Below, piece after piece: positions 37,495 through 48,943 of a stretch of DNA of 51,174 nt (positions are counted from its first letter, which is position 1; each line of letters starts with the position of its first letter). The stretch covers positions 1 through 51,174 of the forward strand of contig KE560866.1 in assembly GCA_000442015.1 (NCBI GenBank), given 5' to 3'. Source of the stretch: Rozella allomycis CSF55 (taxonomy: Eukaryota). The notes beneath the pieces were generated by a model, which saw nothing but the letters and a program-made list of their open reading frames with translations, had not been told where the DNA came from and did no database searches. The position numbers were made by a program, and so were the translations under genes.

Positions 37495-37986
37495 ATGAAA
37501 TACCTGAGAGGTGGATTTAATGTCAGAGGGATAAATCGTGGATTGAGGATCATTAGAGTCAAAGAAAATGATGGCACTCCAAGAAAAAAAAGAACAAAAA
37601 AGGTAGTACAGGTATCGTCAAAAATGACAGACCGGATGACAGATAAAAATTCAGAAAACACTACAGAAGATCAGAACGCGATCGAGTTGAGACATGAACA
37701 TCTGTTTGATGGCGATGATGATATGATCCAACCTGATTCCAATGATTATTCACAGAGACTTGGAGAAGAGCGCAACAATTGGCAAAACGTACAAGAGCAA
37801 GCTATTAGAGAATTAGTGGATTCCAATACCTGCTCTGGTCACATCTGCGGTGTGACAAATTGCAATGAGAATTCCGAGGTTCATTGTACTACGTGCGTGG
37901 ATCATCCAAACTTTTGTCGCGCACACGACGAAAACATCATAAGCTGTATGGTAATAGATACCAAGCAGGAACCATGTGGAATATAA
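37495..37986 (+). CDS. Cys/His-cluster protein; possibly a truncated transposase-associated (CxC/B-box-like) fragment
   Basis: Basic and acidic N-terminus, then CGVTNC..HCTTC..FCRAHD; no catalytic domain follows. Confidence 0.4.
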   Translation: MKYLRGGFNVRGINRGLRIIRVKENDGTPRKKRTKKVVQVSSKMTDRMTDKNSENTTEDQNAIELRHEHLFDGDDDMIQPDSNDYSQRLGEERNNWQNVQEQAIRELVDSNTCSGHICGVTNCNENSEVHCTTCVDHPNFCRAHDENIISCMVIDTKQEPCGI

Positions 37987-38109
37987 ATTAATAAACCGTT
38001 GATAGATAATGGATATTTTAATAAAGGATTATTTAATAAACTTGTATTAAAATCTCAAATCCTTTAATAACTAGTTTCAACTATTTCAAATTCCAATTAA
38101 AAAACTAAT

Positions 38110-41100
38110 TTATTTGTCACTGCTTTGCCTTAATTGAGCCAACTTTTGCATTATGGTTGAATTATCGGAAGAGTCAATTTGAGGAATATCCAAAGTGAAA
38201 GGCTGCGCTGGTGGTTGCAATAGATTGTTTAAATGATTAAAAATAGATTTATCTTTTTCAACATTGGCATCATTGATTTGGGGGAAATTATTAATGTTTG
38301 AAGATTGTATTGGCAGAGATGGAATTTGAACATTGTTTAATCTAGAAGTGAATGGATTTGGCAGCTGAAAAGATCTTTCAGGTTTCGGATCTCTTTTTCT
38401 CTTCTTGTTTGGAGAATCTGATCTAAAGTTAGTTAGCGTTGGTTTAAGAACAATGTCAGATAAATATTCCACTCTTCTAACGAGATATGAATCTTTTGGC
38501 CAAACTAGAATATCATTTTTGATTCCTTCAACGCTTGGTAATTCTGAAATTTCAATGTTTGGTCTAGCTGAATGAAGAATAGAATTTGTTTGAACATGAG
38601 AAACTTTAACGTTTTCTTTTAAAGATAATTTTTCAAAGTAAACTTCATAAAAGGGAAGTTCTTTATCAGCAATTAAAAGATCAAAACGTTGGAACCCATA
38701 ACGAGCAATTCCAATTAAGAAACCCTTGTCATGAATGTGAGGAACCCACCAGTCTGGCAATCCAGCCATTCTTTTCATCATTGAAATAAAAGTAGAAACC
38801 ATTGGATTGTAAATAATACTTTGTCTAACTGTATCCAACAATTGAGCCTTTTTCAACATTCTTCTAGCCTTTTCTGGTGTCAACACATCAGGCGTTATAA
38901 CTTGTTCATCACCAGCCTTTTGTTTAGCTTCATCACCTACAGTATCTGCAGCATCTGTAGTATCTTGAGCCTCTTGTTTAACCTCTTCACCTTTAACACT
39001 CTCTATTTTAACATCTTCACCTTCTACTTTAACTCCTTCTTCTGGCTTTTCAACCTTTTTCTTTTTATCAATAGCTTTCGCAGCAGCTTCTTTAGCCAAT
39101 GGAAGTAACTCTTCAAAAAAGGCATCAAAAACAGCATCAGACTTATTTTTGAATCCATTGAATAACAATCTATACATGTGCCAACTTCTCTTGCCTTGTT
39201 TAATTAAAGGAAATCCATAGTTAGTAGCAACCTTGATGAATTCATTAACATCTCTCTTTGACCATCTTTCTGGATCGTTTCTCTTCTTTTTTGGTTGCTT
39301 GTTTATCTTTTTCTTTTCTTGATTGAATTCTCTCATTACAGCGACAACTATTCTTCTTGTTCTAATGCCTAATTCACTCTTTGATGGCCACTTAAACTCA
39401 CTAGAGTCGGTGACTGTGTTAGAAGCAGTGGTAGTTGTAACTCTTTCACTATCAATATCCATTTCATCATCTTTTAAATCTTCCTCTTTCATGTCTTCCT
39501 CTTTCATATCTTCATCCTCTTCAACCCTCTCATCACCATCGTCACCCTCTTCAACTTCAACTCCCTCCCCTTCAACTTCAACTCCTTCTTCAACTCTCTC
39601 ACTGATTAAATGCTTAAATTTATCATAAAAAACCAATTCAGGATCTCTCTTTATAGTTTCATATTCATTATATCCATGCTTACAAATACCAAAAGCTAAA
39701 GCTAAATCTTCAGTGTGAGTCCACCATGGGACTGGAACATGACCAGGGATTACAGGGAATGAAAAATCATTAAAAGATTTACATTCTTTAAAATTTAATC
39801 TTAAAAGTAACAAATGAATATTAAATAATCTTGTTATAATCAATTTACATCTCTTTTTCAAATGTTCTCTGTATTCTAGTGGAGATTGTTTCAAGAATGA
39901 TCTAAATTCAATCAATTTCTTTCCTTTGACTGTTTTTATCTTTTTAAAGGTTGAAGCATTATCACTCTTCAGTTCACTTGCACCTTCATTGATACCTTGA
40001 GTTGCACCTTCAGACATATCAACGGTACCTATCTCCCTCTCCCTTTCACCTTCTACTTCTACCTCACCCCCTAAATCTCCCCCTTTGATAAAATCACCAA
40101 CAATTTCTTCAAAATTAACCTTCAATTTACTCTCACTCTCACTCAAATGATCCAAACAATATTTAATCAACTGACGACTAACAAGAATCAAATCATTTTC
40201 ATTTCTAAAAGTAAAAGAATCCATAAATTTATCCCATCGTCCAAACCCAAACGTCATCAACTTTTTCTCCAATCTCAATCGCTCTGCAAACGACCACAAT
40301 CGAGGCTTCAAATTATCCTTCTTTTCTTCATAATCTTCCTCTTCCTCTACATTCGAATATTCATCTGAAACTTCACTTAATATCACATCCTTGTCATTCT
40401 TATCTTCTTCTTCAACTTCATTTGGTAGAATATTCTGCAGATTCATTATATTCTTTCTCTGTCTCGGTTCAAACAATATCAATTCTTCTTTTTCAATTGG
40501 AATCTCTACATTAGCCAACTGTGCCCATTTCTCCCAAAATTTAGGATCTTCCAAATCAATATTAATTCCACTGCCATCATTAAACGATGCTTTAGAAAAT
40601 ATAGATCCTTTATTGCTATTCTCATGTACTATTATTTGTGTTCTTCTACTCAATATCTGATCAATATCTTCCTCACAAAACTTTATTGATTCTTCTTCAT
40701 TCTCCATCATCAACCCATAAGCTCCCTTCTTCAACAACGCTTCCACTTGTTTATTCGTCAATTTGCTACTCTCCTCTTCAAAACTCATCTTTTGCAGAAT
40801 AGCTTTATCCAACCCCAACTTCAAACTAGCCTTATCAAACATTTCCCTCTCATATGTATTTCTTGTCAATAATCTATAAATCTTTCATCAATCAAACTAC
40901 ATTCTCTTACTTTGACAGATTTAGTTTGACCAATTCTATGACATCTCGCTTGTGCTTGCAAATCATTCTGTGGATTCCAATCTGAATCATAAATAATCAC
41001 TGTATCCGCACTCGTCAAATTAATCCCAACACCCCCTGCTCTGGTACACAACAGAAACACAAATGAATCTTCTTCCTTGTTGAATCTATCAATAGACGCT

Positions 41101-43099
41101 TGTCTTAAATCTCCTCTAATTCCTCCATCTATTCTCTCATATTTATACCCCTTGCCATTTAAATAATCACTCAATATATCCAAACATTTAGTCATCTGTG
41201 AAAATATCAACACTTTATGTCCATTCTCTTTCAACTTCTTCAATAGTTTATCCAACAACACCAACTTGCCACTAGATTGAATCATCAAATTAAACTGCTC
41301 ATCATAACTCTTCACTCTCGCTTCTTCATTTATTCTCTCTTCAGCTCCCTTGATCAAATATGGATGGATACAACACTTTCTCAACTCCATCATCACATTC
41401 ATCAGATTCGGCATATTATTCCCCTTACATCCCTTTGTAAGAAAATTAAAATTCTTTTCTAATATCGCCCTATAATACTTTTTCTGTGGTCCTGTCAACT
41501 CAACTTCTATTATAGTCTCTTCTTTAACTGGTATACTCTTCTCAACATCCTCCTTCAATCTTCTCAACATATATGGCTTCAACAGTCCTTGCAGTCTCTC
41601 TACATCTTCAGATCTCTTCAAATCTCCAAACTCTCCAATAAACTCTTCTTCACTATTAAACACTTGTGGCTCAAGAAAATTCATCAACGCCCACAACTCT
41701 TCTATCCTATTCTGCAATGGTGTCCCAGTGGCTAGTATTCTATGATCCATCTCATACATCTTCAATGTCTCTGTAATCTTGGATGACTTTGACTTCAATC
41801 TGTGTGCCTCATCTATAATAGCTACTCTCCATGGAATCTGCTTCAAATGTCCAACTCCTGCTATGGCCATCTCAAACGTTGTAATCAATACATTAAACTT
41901 GTACACATCTTCTCTTGTTTCATTCTCATAATAAAATTCATAATCAACTATCATATCCCTCGCTACTGCTCCTCCATGATAAACTACTACATTCATATCT
42001 GTCCAGCCTTTAAACTCTCGCTCCCAATGCGGTATAGTCGACAATGGCGCTATCACAAGAAACGGCCCTCTAATCTTAAATTTTCTATACAATTGATCCA
42101 AAAATGAAACTGATTGAACAGTCTTTCCTAATCCCTAAACTTATTCACTTCAATCACACTTACCATCTCATCTGCTATTATACTCCCCTGGTTCTTCAAA
42201 TAACAAAACATTAACCAATTCAATCCCTCTAATTGATATTTTCTCAATTCATTATCATTCTTAAATCTACATCAATCATCATCTATTCTCATACTTTGGT
42301 GATTGCTCCAACGGTGTCCATGCTGACAACGGTGGTCTACTCCTTTCAACATTATATTCTCCCAAATCTTCACCATTAAAACTCTTTCTTTCTTGAAACT
42401 CTTTAATCCTCTCCTCACTCTCCTCCAATCCAATAATATCACTCTCCTTTTCCCACGTCGCCATATCATATCCCTGCGACTTCCATTTCACCAAATACAT
42501 CTTTTCATTCTCATCAAAATCTAAAACTCGGTCAACAATCACAAAATTCGGGTTGAAATACTCCTCCTCACTTCCAGCCGCATTCCCAAACTTGTTATAG
42601 TACCTATTCACCCTCTGTTGCGCCATCTTATCAATCCCCTTCAACTCCACTATACTCATCCACCGCACATGCACATATGATCTATCCTTTCCTCATCCAA
42701 CCACCTATTTCTTACCTTGAACTTTATCAAAAACCTAGTCTTGCCATCCTCCTCCCTCACCCCCAATATCTTCTCCACAACCCACTTTTCACACCCATCA
42801 GATTCTCTTACCTCATCTCTAAACTCCTCCTCCCGCTTCTTCTTCTTGCGCTGGCCACTCTCCCATTCACTCTCCTCCCCACTCTCAAGCTCCAAACTAT
42901 CATCACTCTCACCCTCACTCTCAAATGGCTCAACCTCACCCTCACTCTCACTGTCAATCACCATCTTTTTATGGCCCCTCTTCTTCACAACCTTGCCTGG
43001 GCTCGTATCATTTCTTTCATCGTTCTCACTACTCAAAACTTGCGCTTTGGTCTTGCCTGCCCCAAAAGAATACAAACTCGCGTCGTCGGCTTCACTCAT
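38110..43099 (-). CDS. Chromodomain-helicase-DNA-binding protein, CHD6-9/Kismet class
   Basis: Tandem chromodomains, [58 protein letters not shown], two WW..D....G..KHGY/RYG modules. Confidence 0.92.
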
Positions 43100-43347
43100 A
43101 AAACCCTTGTATACCCTTGCTGCGAAAACAAAGTCATCTTTGGGTTTTTAGAAATTTCTCAAATTATTTTAAATTCCGAATTCTTCTTTGACACAAATGC
43201 AATAAATTTGCTGTTTCTGCTTTGAGATTTATAAAATACGTGTGAGGCACTGAAGTAATGACGTTTTAAATGTTAATTACATAATATGCAATAAAAAAGT
43301 GTTTCTAAAGAAATATTTAGTTGTTTTATTCATTTCAAAAAGCATAA

Positions 43348-44226
43348 TTAAAAAAGTAGTTTTGACGGCATCGCAATTTCATCAACCTGTGCAGGATCAA
43401 TAACTTCAATACACATAGTCTTGTTCAGTTTCTCCTTGCTCAATTTGCTGTTTCCTCTATTCTTTTTATCATCAATGGGATTAATTGTGGAGGAAACAAT
43501 CGCAGTATAATTTTGAATTGTGAAAACTACAAAAACATACGCTCCCCAGTCAATAACAAGTGCTATCACCAAAGACACAATGCTACCAAGAATCGCTACA
43601 CAAATACGGATACTAACATTATAAAAGAGCTGCTGAATTGTTTTCGCACAAATATCAAACTTTCTTATCATTTTGATATGTCTTAGAGTTGGAATCGCAA
43701 ACATCACCAATGACATGATATACACAATAATTAACATGATCTTTCCTACAGTATTAGACACTATATCATATTCCGTTGAACATTTGCCATTCACAGACAC
43801 ACTATCCACCCTAACAATAACAGAATACGCAATCGACCCATATCCTACCGCAAACATTCCAAACACAAATAGTCTCAACAGCTTTGTAATTCTAGCATCT
43901 TGACTTATTGAAGATGCCTTGCTTATCAAAACAACCGTTGACAGTAGCTGGAAGACAAAATAAAAGGCATCATTAAAGCCAGACATCAAGCTACAGTTAC
44001 CCCCAAAAAGATTCAACGCTGGTACACTTAGGCGGATGATAAACAACAAGTGGTTTAGGAATTGGCTCGCTGATGCCACACATTGAACTATTAGCAATGT
44101 TCGCTTCGGACCGGCAGTTTCACATGAAAATAGTGCCTTTGCATTAAGATATACGTTATGAAGCGATAAAATGAAAAAGGCGCCCAGGAACTCGTGAACT
44201 GTAATGGCGGATGCTTCGCACTGCAT
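43348..44226 (-). CDS. Orphan 7-transmembrane (GPCR-like) protein, intronless
   Basis: About seven hydrophobic segments with Cys in the predicted extracellular loops 1 and 2; first ATG at 44226. Confidence 0.65.
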   Translation of the reverse strand: MQCEASAITVHEFLGAFFILSLHNVYLNAKALFSCETAGPKRTLLIVQCVASASQFLNHLLFIIRLSVPALNLFGGNCSLMSGFNDAFYFVFQLLSTVVLISKASSISQDARITKLLRLFVFGMFAVGYGSIAYSVIVRVDSVSVNGKCSTEYDIVSNTVGKIMLIIVYIMSLVMFAIPTLRHIKMIRKFDICAKTIQQLFYNVSIRICVAILGSIVSLVIALVIDWGAYVFVVFTIQNYTAIVSSTINPIDDKKNRGNSKLSKEKLNKTMCIEVIDPAQVDEIAMPSKLLF

Positions 44227-44334
44227 CAATTTAACCCTGGTTGGCAAAAGTCCGAAAAAGACAACCTCAGTTCATAATATAAACATTGAAATGTTATTAT
44301 TTTTATTTATAATAAGTGATTAATGTATTGTCAT

Positions 44335-44660
44335 TGAGAATCTGAGATTTTGTCTCCGCTTTATCGGTAGTAAATTGTGAATGTTAGCACAGACTGTCAG
44401 ACAGTGTTAAACGCACGAAATCAGAAACTTTGTGGTCAAACAAGATATTTTTCATTGCTGAAAAAAACTAAATAAGCCCGGAGAAACAAGTAGTTTGACC
44501 TTTTGGGTATGTATATACAATAAGCGGTCGTCGGAGTTGAAAATATGTAACTTAAGATAGATGTCGATGTTCCATTCACTTCAATTGGTAGATCCATTGA
44601 GTTTTTTCTCTTTCTCAATTTACGAATCCAATAGCCATGATTATGGCAGTTATTCTCGAT
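44335..44660 (-). pseudogene. Degenerate, internally deleted copy of the alpha/beta hydrolase at 45954-46988
   Basis: 44440-44560 aligns with 46070-46197 (AAGATATTTTTCATTGC..CCCGGAGAAACA..ATATACAATAAGCG); the 3' flank TGAGATT.TGTCTCCGCTTT is shared at ~44343 and ~45887. Confidence 0.75.
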
Positions 44661-45048
44661 TTAAGTACTCAAGCGTTTGATATACCAAAGCCGTTTATGA
44701 CAAAATATTCGATACCGATGGGCCCGCTTGGGCAAATGTTTTCTCCAAGCGAAAAGCATAAAAATGTGATATGGACAATCCAAGAGTATCAATCATAAAA
44801 TTACTCCAATGATGCGTGAAGTTTACAATAATACACAATATGTCAAAGCGTGTTTTAACTTTGATCTGCAGTTGATGGCATTTCAAAAGAACATGGGTAA
44901 AGCTGAACCAAGTGATCGGGATTTGGATGATATTTATTCTTTGTCGACTAATGAAATTTAGATATTTAGAAATAAAAAATATCAACATATTGACTGTCCG
45001 GTGGTCTAGTGGCAAACCATGATGCTTTCGGACGTCTAGGTGCATGGT

Positions 45049-45262
45049 AGGTCAATCCTGGCAGCAAGAAGACTGTGCTTGAAATTGTCGCCAAGGATCA
45101 AAATGGATACTTGTATATTATCGAGATGCAGGTATTAAACACAGTGATCGTTTATTTATAGACAACACACAATAGCAATTTTCAGGACAGATTCTATTAC
45201 GATAAGCTGTCAGAGACCAGGAAATCGCAGCTCTAAAGCGAAAACTTGGTACTTACGAATAA
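45049..45262 (+). pseudogene. Rpn / PD-(D/E)XK nuclease-transposase (PDDEXK_2) fragment, copy 1, with a 30-nt intron
   Basis: VNPGSKKTVLEIVAKDQNGYLYIIEMQ | intron 45132-45161 GT..AG | TTHNSNFQDRFYYDK. Confidence 0.7.
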
Positions 45263-45687
45263 ATTTAACGAATTCAGTTAATGGATATCTAAATTCTTTT
45301 TCTTTGAGGGAACGGTTAATGTATTGAAAACTTTTCCATCATCGGAGTCCAGACCATATTGCCTTCATTGTCTGGTACTCCACGACACATTGACCATATT
45401 GACGGACTGCTGTTCCTCCAAAAATACTATACTTTGACGAATTTACAATGATCGTTACATCTGACTTACAAAGGTTTTAACTACTTACGGTAGGTAATTC
45501 TGTCATATTTCTGACCGTTTTTGAGGCTCTTGGCCACATGTTGAGCCTTATAATAGTAGAATCTGCCCTGAAAATTGTTATTGTGTCTTGTCTATTAATA
45601 AACCCTGCATCTCGATATTATACAAGTATCCGTTTTGATCCTTGGCGACAATATCAAGCACAGTCTTCTTGCTGCCAGGATTGACCT
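45049..45687. repeat. Inverted repeat, arms 45049-45206 and 45547-45687
   Basis: AGGTCAATCCTGGCAGCAAGAAGACTGTGCTTGA..GAGATGCAGG is the reverse complement of CCTGCATCTC..CTTGCTGCCAGGATTGACCT. Confidence 0.9.
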
Positions 45688-45690
45688 CTA
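45400..45690 (-). pseudogene. Rpn / PD-(D/E)XK nuclease-transposase fragment, copy 2 (inverted)
   Basis: EVNPGSKKTVLDIVAKDQNGYLYNIEMQ..TRHNNNFQGRFYYYKAQHVAKSLKNGQKYDRI; the intron is collapsed to a 13-nt remnant. Confidence 0.75.
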
Positions 45691-45953
45691 CACAGTCACC
45701 AGAATTACATTCTGGGATATTGCCTTAATCTTCTAGAAAAGACATTTTGTGTTAACTGAGTTAGTAAGACTTGAGGCCTTGTTTCCTCTTTTAATTTAGC
45801 GTCCATCATTTAGAATCTCTGGAATGATCTTTGGAAATCTCAAAGCACTTTTTTCGCTCTCAAGCTATTCTTTACATGTAGTGCCATGAGATTCTGTCTC
45901 CGCTTTGCCAATGGCCGTAGTAAATAAGGAAAATATGTTAACCGGATTTATTT

Positions 45954-46988
45954 TTAGAGGTGTGGCATGGATGAATTGGTTTTCACTATTTTAATGGCGC
46001 CTTCAGGAAATCCAAATGCTTTTACGTCGATTTTTTCACCTGCTCCAATCCATTGAAGTACTGGGTACCATAAGATATTTTTCATTGCAGAACGAAAAAA
46101 TTTAAGATGACCCGGAGAAACAGGAAGTTTGGCTTTTTGGGTATCCATATACAATAAGCGACCGTCCGAATTTGAAAATATATATCTTAAGGTAGAGTCA
46201 AACGCTTCAAATCCAGATAATTCATCATCTGAAAAGGCAATAAATTCAATTGGAAGTGTGCATTTTTCAAACAATGCCTTGTTTTCAGGACGATGACACA
46301 TGTAGGCCTTATAATTACACCAGTACATCCACTGCAAACCAACATTGCTAGGTATATCTTCACCCAGACCCACGATTGATGATGGATAATAACCATAAGT
46401 TGGTACAGCTATGTAAGGTGCTACGACATTTAACAGGAATTTGGCATAACCCGGTACTTTACCCCATTGCCACCATTTGTAAAATGCGTTGTTCACGCTA
46501 ATAAAAAGAACTCTGGTTAGTAAATTTTGATTTCTTAAAAATCCTAGAATATGACCTCCGACAGAATGTGCAATGTAGACAATTGGATGACCAGAATATA
46601 CCTTTGAAAGAAATTGGACGCATGATTCAGTGTCGCGAGTCCAATGATTTTTAATATTGGAATCTTAAAGTTCTCTTAATGCTTTTTGGCGATAATTTTG
46701 GTCATCAAGTAAGTTGATATCTTGCTCTGGATTGAAATCTTTGGTATGACATGATTTACCTACTCCTCGATAATCAAATAATAAACATGCATGAACTGCT
46801 GATTCAGAGACTAAAAAGGAAGCAAATGAAGTATAGTATTCTTTAACAACACCGGTTGCACCTGCGATTATGGCTACTGGCTTTCTATTGTAATCATTTG
46901 TATTCTGGTTGGAAACAACAATAGCTGATATGTAGAACTTTTCAAATGATTCTATCCAATGATGAGTGATAATTGTCGATGACATCAA
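45954..46988 (-). pseudogene. Bacterial-type alpha/beta hydrolase (COG4757-like) interrupted by one in-frame TAA
   Basis: GATGV..YY..FA.FL, FDYRGVGKS, AHSVGG nucleophile elbow, GLGEDIP, FSDD, GH..FF. The two ORFs are in the same frame, separated only by TAA at 46665-46667. Confidence 0.75.
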
Positions 46989-47188
46989 CCCTTATCTTCT
47001 TTGAGAATTTTCGTGTTAATTGATGAAAAACTCCTGAAATAAACAATATTTCATTCTATCGAATCATTGGTTAAATTTCATGAACAATTTAAAATCATTG
47101 CATGAACCTGTCAGTGTACTGTTAGATTTTGTAGGTTTCATAAAAAGTAATTTGTAAATCTATTTTCAATGTCATAATTGTCTTTTAT

Positions 47189-48900
47189 TTAAGATGGTGG
47201 TGTTAATCTCTCCAATATAGTGGGATATTCGTTGTTTTTCAATTTTGTTTCAAATTCCTCCACTTTCTTTATCCAGGCATCTCGACTATCATCATCTTCT
47301 TCTGTTATTGATGCTTTTACACGCTTTCTAAAAGCTCTGTTGGATGAAAATAATGGTTGCAGATTTAAATCTTCCTCGATGTTAGAGTTCACACGGAGCT
47401 CAATAGCCGAAGCCAAGTCTTCGTCAGAAGGAGACACAAAATTGATAACTTTCCCTTTGACCTTATTTGTTCGTCCACTTCTTCCAACACGGTGTATGTA
47501 TTCCACAGCCCCTCTAGGGAAATCGAATTGAACAATTAAATGTGTGTCGGCAAAGTCAATTCCCCTTGCGACCGCATCTGTAGTTACAAGAACGTTAACT
47601 TTCTTTGGTTCAAGTCCATCCTTATATAGTGCCTTTGACTTTAATGTAATGTGAACATTTGAGTCACATTTGGGCTCTTTATAAAAGGTCATCACTAATT
47701 TTAACATTTGCAAACGGTCGTAAGGATTGATTCCCCCATGGTAGCAAAGAATTTGAATAGAATCTTTTGCAGAAACGTCAAATATTTGACTTAATTTCTC
47801 AGACACTGCTGTTGCGACATTTGCAGAGTTTACAAAGACAAGCACGTTTCTTTTTCCTTCTAGAGTTGCTTGTTGACCAATTTCTTTAGATATTTCTTTT
47901 ATTTTCTTTTGAAAAACATCAGCAGGATCGTCAGAATCAACACCAACACGAAGGAATGCATGATCTTTTAAAGTTGTTACATGAGCTTTGTCTGATAAGA
48001 AATATGGAATGGGGTGAAGGACACTTTTCAACTTTTCAGAGCGCGATATTTCTTCTTCTTTCTTTACCAACATTTTCAGAACAGTAGCAGATGTAAGTAT
48101 TAATTGTTGATCGACATATTTTTTTGAATATTCCTGAAGCAATGTTGGTAAACTTTCATATTCTTCTTTGGTGTAATAAGGAGACATTTTCTTCACCTTC
48201 TTCTTCCTCAAATAATTGAATAGACTCTTCAGCAGTTCACTTTCATGTCCAGATTTCATCTAAATAATTAATAAATGTCATCATTTACCATTATATCAAA
48301 TTCATCAAATGCAACTAAATCTACATGCTTAAACCAAAAATTTATGTCGTCCACTGAAAAGTCTTTAAATAAGCGCCCAGTCACCATTACACATACATCA
48401 GGCTTCTGAAATTCTTCATAAAATGATTTGTAAGTCCTTTCAACCTCTTTATTGGCTTTGTATCCTCTACAAAGATTTTTTGCCAACTCGAGATTTTCCT
48501 TGAAATTCTGCATATCATACCTCTGAACCGCATTAGAGACTATAACATTAGTATTTGAAGATAGCTGCGCATGATTTTCTAGAAACGTTGTTATCATGGA
48601 ATGAGCTTGAAATGATAGTTCCATTGTTGGTACAAGAACAACAGCGGTAGGGAATACCGAACTTCTCTTCTTCATCAATTTCTCCATCATAGGCAGCAAG
48701 TATAGCAATGACTTTCCACTTCCAGTCTCCGCCCCAATATGTGCATTACCTCCAGATAGTACATGCGGCAGCACCTTTTCTTGAATATTAGTCATTCTTT
48801 CTATGCCAAGCTTTGCTAATGCAGACAATGTATCCACATGTATTGGTAAGTCTTTAAAAAATGACGATTTTATGATGTTTGACGCCAACTGATTTTGCAT
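47189..48900 (-). CDS. DEAD-box RNA helicase (DEFD variant; possibly mitochondrial Mrh4/DDX28-like)
   Basis: AETGSGKS, PTMEL, DEFD, SAT, TTDAVARGID, HRVGRSGR; one ~29-nt intron near 48260-48288. Confidence 0.85.
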
Positions 48901-48943
48901 TACTCAATAAGGAAAATAATAATCTCGTTGGGAATTTTGGGAA

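Noticed and set aside
42677-43225. Long plus-strand ORFs opposite the CHD gene, and similar antisense ORFs elsewhere
   Set aside because: They are shadows of biased coding sequence on the other strand and have no recognisable motifs.
45049-45687. MITE with terminal inverted repeats
   Set aside because: The arms are coding-derived Rpn sequence with an intron and I saw no target-site duplication; an inverted gene-fragment duplication fits better.
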